The notes under the pieces were generated by a model. It did no database searches, had not been told where the DNA came from, and saw only the letters and a program-made list of their open reading frames with translations. Shown piece by piece: positions 55,908-64,000 of a DNA stretch of 64,000 bases. The position numbers and the translations under genes are program-made. Positions within the stretch are counted from its first letter, which is position 1, and each line of letters starts with the position of its first letter. The DNA comes from the human T2T-CHM13v2.0 reference genome, Homo sapiens. The stretch is taken from NCBI RefSeq assembly GCF_009914755.1, contig NC_060936.1; one strand, written 5' to 3'.

Positions 55908-56982
55908 TACTTGGGTTAATTTCTGGAAAGCTTCTACATACCTATTAGGGCCATCTGAAAACCTGCCAAGATCCCCCTTAGTTTGCAATAAATCCTGAAG
56001 AGAAAAGGGCACCTGGATCTTAACAGGGCCATATTCATCAGGCATCTGTTGTAGGGGCAGGAGTGAGACTGGCACCTGCCTAAAATGAGGATTTCTAGAG
56101 GTACCTAGAGGTATCTCTGGGGCTTGCTTCCCTATTTCCTTGGGATTGCCCCTTGTAACCTCTCCTGAGATGGCCACTAGGAGGGCTGAATCAATCCTAC
56201 AATGTTGGCAAAGATCCAGGTTAACATGCAAGGCAAAGAAGGCCTGCACATAAGGGACCTAGGACACTTTGCCCTCATGTTTACAGAAAAGCTTCCTTCC
56301 TGAGGCAAGGCTTCTCTTCTGTGCCTCAAGGTGCTTGGCACTAAGTTGGCAACCAAGTAAATTACAAGAACATTTTCACCACAAATTTACATACAGATAC
56401 CAAGACACACTTTGCTACATCTGTGCTACTCTTACACTTTGGTGACCAAGCCAAATGCTCATTCCACCCAGTAATATCTCTGGCTTGCAACAACATCCTT
56501 TACATTTAACATCGTATATAAAAGAGATAGGAACCATGATAGCCATGAAAGAAAGAAAAGAACAATAGGAAAGGCTGAAGGTCCTAGTGCGGACACCCTA
56601 ATGGGCAGTTGGGGACTGGAGTTAGTCCAGGAGCCTTTGAATAACACCAAAGTGTAGCCTTGGCCAGATACCCTCAGTTGCCCCAGGACCTCCTTCCAGT
56701 CCCATGAGATGGCTAGACCTCCATGAAGGGAAATTGGGTTAGAACAAAGCCAACATTCCCAACACCTGAGGTTGATGGGGGATTGACAGTGTCCCTCCCC
56801 AGCAAGCCTGTCCTTCATGTCTTAAGTTCTGCAGCTGCACTAGTTGCTTTTAACTGGTTGACAGAAGCCTGGTATTTTTCTTTCATTTTGACTATTGTGG
56901 AGTTTAGAGACTCCAAAAGAAAGGACAGAAAGTAGATCCACTTTTACTTACCCTTTTGCAGATCCCAGATGAGCCCCCAAAA
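55908..56982 (-). mobile_element. ERV1 internal region (MER52-int-like): PBS, leader, truncated gag
   Basis: PBS TGGGGGCTCATCTGGGAT (tRNA-Pro, 56962-56979); donor AAGG|GTAAGT ~56946-56955; gag VPFSLQDLLQTKGDLGRFSDGPNRYVEAFQKLTQV. Confidence 0.85.
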
Positions 56983-58204
56983 TGTTACAGTGTCACTGCC
57001 AGTGGTGCCAAATCCTGCCTATGCAGACAAGTGGAAGGTGAACAAGACAAAGAAGAGCTTTATTGAGTGTTACAGCTCAGAGAAAATCCACAGTGGGTTG
57101 CTCCTCTCTGTAGGCAGATCATCCAATCAAGTGTCCAGCTCTCAGCAGAGAGGAGGCTCTGAAGAGGGTAGCTCCTCTCTGCCCACTGGTTGCCCCATTG
57201 TCTGCTGTTCTTAGCAGAGCGGAGACCTTGGAGAGGGTGACTCCTCTCTGCAGGCAGTTCATTCAATGTCTCTGCAGGTCTCTGAAGCTCTCACAGAGAA
57301 GGTAGCTCCTCTTTGCAGCTGGTTGTCCAGTCCTCTCTCAGTCCTCTGTCCTCTGCCCTTCTCTGGCTGAGCCCAGGGCTTTTCTCTGCCCTCTACTTTA
57401 CTCTGGCTGAGCCCTAGGCTTTTATGGACCTCAGATGGGAGGAAGTGCCTGCCGATTGGTCCATGACTGGCCATGGGTGGGCCTAGAGGAGATACCACAT
57501 GTCCCCGCTCCAGTCTGTGGGACTGGCAGCTGGGCCCCCAGCCTTCAAGGCTTCCCTGGCCTGAAGGAGAGGCCTTACTGGGGACCGCCCCCTTCCACCC
57601 AGGAATCTGTGCACCTCCCCACTGCCATTTATGGTCCCTGGCTCAGCTGCAACCCCACCCCGAGATTGAAGCAGGTGGTGGGAGAGAAGAGAGGCCAGGC
57701 AGTGGAAGCATATCCCCTCAAGCCTGCAGGGACTGGGGGGCCTTCCCAAGGCCTGAAGGTGAAGGCTGCAGAGATGCCTGGCCCTGTACCTGGGAGGGTG
57801 GCTGCAGAGGCATCCGGGGAGCTCCCACACTACCAACTCAGAAGGGGTGGGGGTCCCACTTGTCCCCAGTTCCTGCCTGTTCTGTGGATTAGGAGGCCCA
57901 GGTCTGTAGCCATGGGTGGGGCAGCTGCAGCTGCACCTGGGATGGCAGATCCTGTCTGCTCCAGGCCCCCTCCAAGAGCACAGGGAGGCTCAGATCCACA
58001 GTGGCAGTTTGGACAGCTGCAGCCTTGCCCAGGAGGTGGGGCTCCTTCGTGCAGGAGACCTGGGTCTGCAGCCACCATTCTGGCAGCTGCAGCAACACCC
58101 AGGGAACTCTGGCCTCAACTCAGAAGGGGGCGCAGCTCCCACGGGCTCCTTGGAGTGTGCAGCCCCTGCTGCAGGCAGTGTGATGGCAGCAGCTACTGCC
58201 ATCA
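56983..58204 (-). mobile_element. MER52-family 5' LTR
   Basis: minus strand TGATGGCAGTAGCTGCTGCCATCAC...TGTAACA; CCAAT 57455-57459, CATAAAA 57420-57426, AATAAA 57059-57064; PBS follows. Confidence 0.85.
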
Positions 58205-58349
58205 CTGCTAACCAAAAATCAGTCATGTGGCTCCAACTAACTAAGACTAAGAAGAAGACTAAGAAACAGTCCAGCTGCATGTCTAGGGAAAAATGAAAAT
58301 GGAGTTTGGACACAGCATCCATCAATAGACCAAGAAAATGGGGTATATG

Positions 58350-58480
58350 GGCTGGCTCAGTGGCTCACACCTGTAATCTCAGCAGTTTGGGAGGCCAAGG
58401 TGGGAAAATTGCTTGAGGTCGGGAGTTTGAAACCAGCCTGGGCAACATAGCAAGGCCCTGTCTCTAAAAAATTAAAAAAT
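58350..58480 (+). mobile_element. FLAM/Alu left monomer
   Basis: ggctcagtggctcacacctgtaatc...ccctgtctctaaaaa. Confidence 0.85.
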
Positions 58481-58494
58481 TTGAAATTAGAAAA

Positions 58495-59320
58495 GTGAAA
58501 ATGTGGTATACATATACAATGGAATATTATTAAGCCATGAAACAGAATAAAATCCTGCAATTGAAGCAACATGGATAGAACTGGAGGTCATTATGTTACA
58601 TAAAATAAGCCAAGGACAGAAGGACAAATATCACATGTTGTTGCTCATATGTGGGAGCTAAAAAAGTGGTTCTGATGAAGATTGAGAGTAGAATGATGGT
58701 TACTGGAGGTTGGGAGGGGTAGGAAGGAGGATGAGATGAAGAGAGGCTAATTAATGGGTACAAATATATAGTTAGATAGAAATAAGATCTAGTGTTTGAT
58801 AGATCAATCCGGTGACTATAGTTAACAATACTCTATTGTACATTTTAAAATAGCTGGCAGAGAATAATTCAAATGTTCCTAGCATAAAGAAAAAATAATT
58901 ATTCAAGATGGTGATATCCCAATTACCCTGTTTTATCTTTACACATTATATGACTGTATCAAAATATCACATGTGGGCCGGGCATGTTGGCTCATGCCTG
59001 TAACCCAGCACTTTAGGAGGCTGAGGCAGGAGGATGGCTTGAGCCCAGGAGTTTCAGACTGACCTGGGCAATATAGCAAGACTCCGTCTCCACAAAAGAC
59101 ATGGTAGCATGTGCCTGCGGTCCTAGCTACTTGGGAGGCCGAGAAAGGAAGATCACTTGAGTCCAGGAGTTTGAGGCTGCAGTGAGCTATGATCTCACCA
59201 CTGCATTTCAGCCTTGGCAACAGAGTGAGACCCTATCTCAAAAATAACAAAACAAAAACAACAAAAAAATCACATTTACCCTGAAAACATCTTCATCTAT
59301 TATATATTAATTAAAAGTTA
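58495..59320 (+). mobile_element. L1MA-type 3' end interrupted by an AluJ (58976-59270)
   Basis: aatgtggtatacatatacaatggaatattat...gtgactatagttaacaata...aattaccctg; AluJ with internal deletion. Confidence 0.8.
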
Positions 59321-59707
59321 AAAAGAAGAAAGAAAGCAAAGGAGAACACATAGAGACATAGCGTCCCTATCATAATGAGAAAACTAGGAAATAAACATGC
59401 AACTTGGCCAGGGTCAGAGAGAAAATACTGTGGCAGAAATGGTACTAAAACTTAATGTGGTTTTTTTTCTTCTCCTGAAGCATTCAAGATCTGCCAGGAA
59501 TCAATATATCAGCATAATGGAGTCAGATTGGCTCAGTCATTTTTCTGGCTTGCCCTTCCTGGGTTGGTGTGGCAATAAGGCAGTCTCTTTTGGGGGCATG
59601 AAAAGAGCTGGGAACTTGCTAGCTGTCCATATGAAGATTATACATTTTTTAACTGCTGTGACAGATATTGTTTATAAATTGTTCTTACGAAAATATTCAT
59701 ATTGGGT

Positions 59708-59989
59708 GACCCGGGTGCAGTGGCTCACACCTGTAATCCTAGCACTTCAGGGAGGCTGAAGTGGGCAGATCACCTGAGGTAAGGAGTTAGAGACCAGCCT
59801 GGCTAACATGGTGAAACCCCGTCTCTACTAAAAATATAAAAAGTAGCTGGGTGAGGTGGCGCATGCATGTAATCCCAGCTACTCAGGAGGCTGAGGCAGG
59901 AGAGTTACTTGCAGTGAGGTTGCAGTGAGCCAAGAACACACCACTGCACTCCATCCTGGGTGACAGAGCAAGACTCCATCTGAAAAATG

Positions 59990-60024
<35 letters not shown>

Positions 60025-60112
60025 ATATATATATACGTGATATACACGTGTATATATATATACGTGATAAACACGTGTATATATATACATATATATGTGA
60101 AAAAATGTATAT
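59708..60112 (+). mobile_element. AluSx-like element with compound (TA)n/(TG)n microsatellite tail (59988-60112)
   Basis: Alu dimer then tatatata...tgtgtgtg...tatatacgtga repeats. Confidence 0.9.
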
Positions 60113-60258
60113 ATGAAAAAATCCCCTCAAAGTTAGAAGGCAGTCTCTCACATGAGCTGATATGTTTCCTTACATTATACAAGAAGAACAATGTAAAGCA
60201 TTTTTTTAAAAAAATTATCATATGTTTTGGTTTCGAAGAAGCTGAGAGCTAAATTTTA

Positions 60259-60574
<316 letters not shown>

Positions 60575-60778
60575 ATCTGTAGTTTTGTCATATATGTGAA
60601 TATGTTCCTTCACACTCCATACTCCAATTACTTATCATCTGTCATTTTATTTGTACATTAACATTTTTTGCTAATTTGAATAAATAAATTCAAATTTGGG
60701 AATTTATTTGGGATTTGAGAAGTTGTTATAGATTAGTCATAAAAACATGAGTGATAAGCAATATAAGAACTATACGAG

Positions 60779-60918
60779 GGCCAGGTGTGGTGGCTGTCTA
60801 TAATCACAGCACTTTGGGAGGCTGAGGAGGAGGGATAGCTTGAGCCCAGGAGTTCGGGACCAGCCTGGGCAACATAGCAAGACCCCATCTCTAAGAAAAG
60901 TATATTTGAAAAAAAAAA
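60779..60918 (+). mobile_element. FLAM_C/Alu monomer
   Basis: gggccaggtgtggtggct...gaccccatctctaagaaa plus A tail. Confidence 0.85.
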
Positions 60919-61060
60919 ACTATGTGAGAAATAAAGTTATGAAGCAATACAGGAAGGACCTAAAAATTGAAATAGATAACATATTAAATAATTCCATGCC
61001 TCCAATCATAATAATACTGGAAGGATAAATTTGGGTTGATTCGAGTGATAGCTGAGATAG

Positions 61061-61588
<528 letters not shown>

Positions 61589-61869
61589 TTAATGGCTAAT
61601 GTAAGACCTGCCTGTCTACAGCAATCACTTAATAAATGATGAAAAGGGAATTATTAAAAGCAATGTGAGATGGTACAAGGAGCACTGTCTATATGTCAGA
61701 AAGCCTAAAAATGTTCATACTTCTGTCACTTCAACACTGCAACCCTGGACAAATACATTAACTTGTCTGAGCTTTAATTTCCTCAACTATCAAATCAAGA
61801 CGATATGTGGCTTAAGGAGAAAGAAACTTGAATGCCAGAAACTCTTATTTCTCTCTGTCATATTGATGA

Positions 61870-62150
61870 TCTATTAAAGTGGAACAAATTATACCAACAC
61901 TTAGTGGCTTACACAAGGCACATTTAATTATCTCACAGTTTCTGTGGATCAGGAGTTTGCGAGTAGGTTACCGTGGTACTCAGGTCTCTCATTTGGTTTC
62001 AGTCAGGCTGTCTGCAGGGGTTTGCTCTTCTGAAAGCTGGGCTCATGTGAGAGGATCTGCTTCCAAGATGCAACACTCACATGGCTATGGGCAGGAGGAT
62101 TCAGTTCCTTGCCGTGTAGGCCTCTCCATAGGATACTTGTGTGTCATCAC
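61870..62150. mobile_element. MLT1-family LTR fragment
   Basis: acttagtggctta...ttatctcacagtttctgtggatcaggagttt...ggatctgcttccaagatg. Confidence 0.65.
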
Positions 62151-62585
62151 ACAACAAGTATTTGCTTAAATATTCATGCAACCTCCTTAGAAGAAGATAG
62201 CCATTAAAAAAAAAACACACACAGTAACAATAGCACGTAACCTTGGTTTCCTGTGGGAAGGGCCACTCCCTGGTTGTCTAGAGACAGTGGAAACAACTTA
62301 ACCCTGACTATTCTTCCTCAATTTCTTTATGCTTGCTTTTCCTCTACTTGTCTTTAAATGATGGTATTCTCCAGAGTCTATCTGTGGCTTTATCTCATAA
62401 TATACACTTGCAATAGGAATTCTCATATATACCTCTATATTCCAACCACCTTTATGTTGACATCTTCTAAATCTGCATGTTTAATTAGGCCTCTCTCCTA
62501 AGAAAATTATATTGAATTCCCTACAAAACATCTGCAAGCATGAAGGCAGAAGCAATTCAAACTCAGTTTTTAAAAAGTAGATATT

Positions 62586-63482
<897 letters not shown>

Positions 63483-63485
63483 TCA

Positions 63486-63810
63486 GCCAGGCACAATGGC
63501 TCATTCCCGTAATCCCGGAGGATTGCTTGAATCTAGAAGTTCCAGACCAGCCTTGGAAGGATCAGTTGAGCCTGGGAATTTGAGACCACTAGCCTGGATA
63601 ACATAGTGAGACTCTGTCTCTACAAAAAATTTTTTAAAAATTAGCCAACTGTGGTGGCGTATGCCTGTAGTCTCAGCTACTTGAGATCCTGAGGTGAGAG
63701 GATCACTTGAGCCCCAGAGTTTGAGGCTGCAGTGATCCCTGATCATGCCACTGGATGACAGAACAAACCCTGTCTCAAAATGAATAAATGAATAATAAAT
63801 AAATAAATAC
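63486..63810 (+). mobile_element. AluJ-like element with rearranged left arm
   Basis: left arm with a deletion and duplicated ggaggat..ttga..gacca segment; (AAAT)n tail. Confidence 0.85.
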
Positions 63811-63877
63811 ACTTACTCATCTCCATCTCCAGCTACTTGGGGAGGGGATAGTGAGTTGACAAGATAAATAGAGCAGA

Positions 63878-64000
63878 TTTTGTTTGTTTGTTTGTTTTTT
63901 GGAGACAGAGCCCGTCCAGGCTGGAGTCCAGTGGTGCAATCTCAGCTCACTGCAACCTCTGCCTGCTGGGTTCAAGCGATTCTCCTTCTTCAGCCTCCCG
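63878..64000 (-). mobile_element. Alu, partial (window edge)
   Basis: (TTTG)n then ggagacagag...caggctggagt. Confidence 0.9.

Noticed and set aside
54485-55910. Reading the chain as a spacer-acquisition (CRISPR-like) array or a processed transcript
   Set aside because: No repeated separators, mixed orientation, donor order not collinear, no GT-AG boundaries at donors, no poly(A) or TSD; microhomology junctions fit DNA repair better
57435-58211. 258-aa ORF and overlapping 110-140 aa ORFs
   Set aside because: They lie within the GC-rich MER52 LTR, are open in several frames on both strands, and show no recognisable domain

Overview
Primate genomic DNA, almost certainly human 12p13.31 (dectin-2 C-type lectin cluster). 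It holds two complete six-exon genes arranged tail-to-tail: CLEC4D/MCL (+, 215 aa) and CLEC4E/Mincle (-, 219 aa). A SUPT4H1 processed pseudogene lies upstream of CLEC4D. The rest is repeat-dense: a ~5.4 kb L1PA, a solo LTR13, an LTR-less HERV-K(HML-5)-like pol-env block, a MER52 LTR+gag remnant, and many Alus, old L1s and MITEs. The most unusual feature is at 54485-55910: a chain of short (210-360 bp), ~95-98% identical copies of four separate sites 9-25 kb away, in mixed orientation, with 4-6 bp microhomologies at the two junctions that can be checked. The chain includes a copy of the CLEC4E proximal promoter and a displaced ERV env tail, and sits between an RFX/CpG promoter-like element and a truncated MER52 provirus. 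It looks like a fixed germline template-switching scar that may have built a new regulatory module. I found no novel protein-coding system. Repeat subfamily names and literature links are from memory and were not checked by search.
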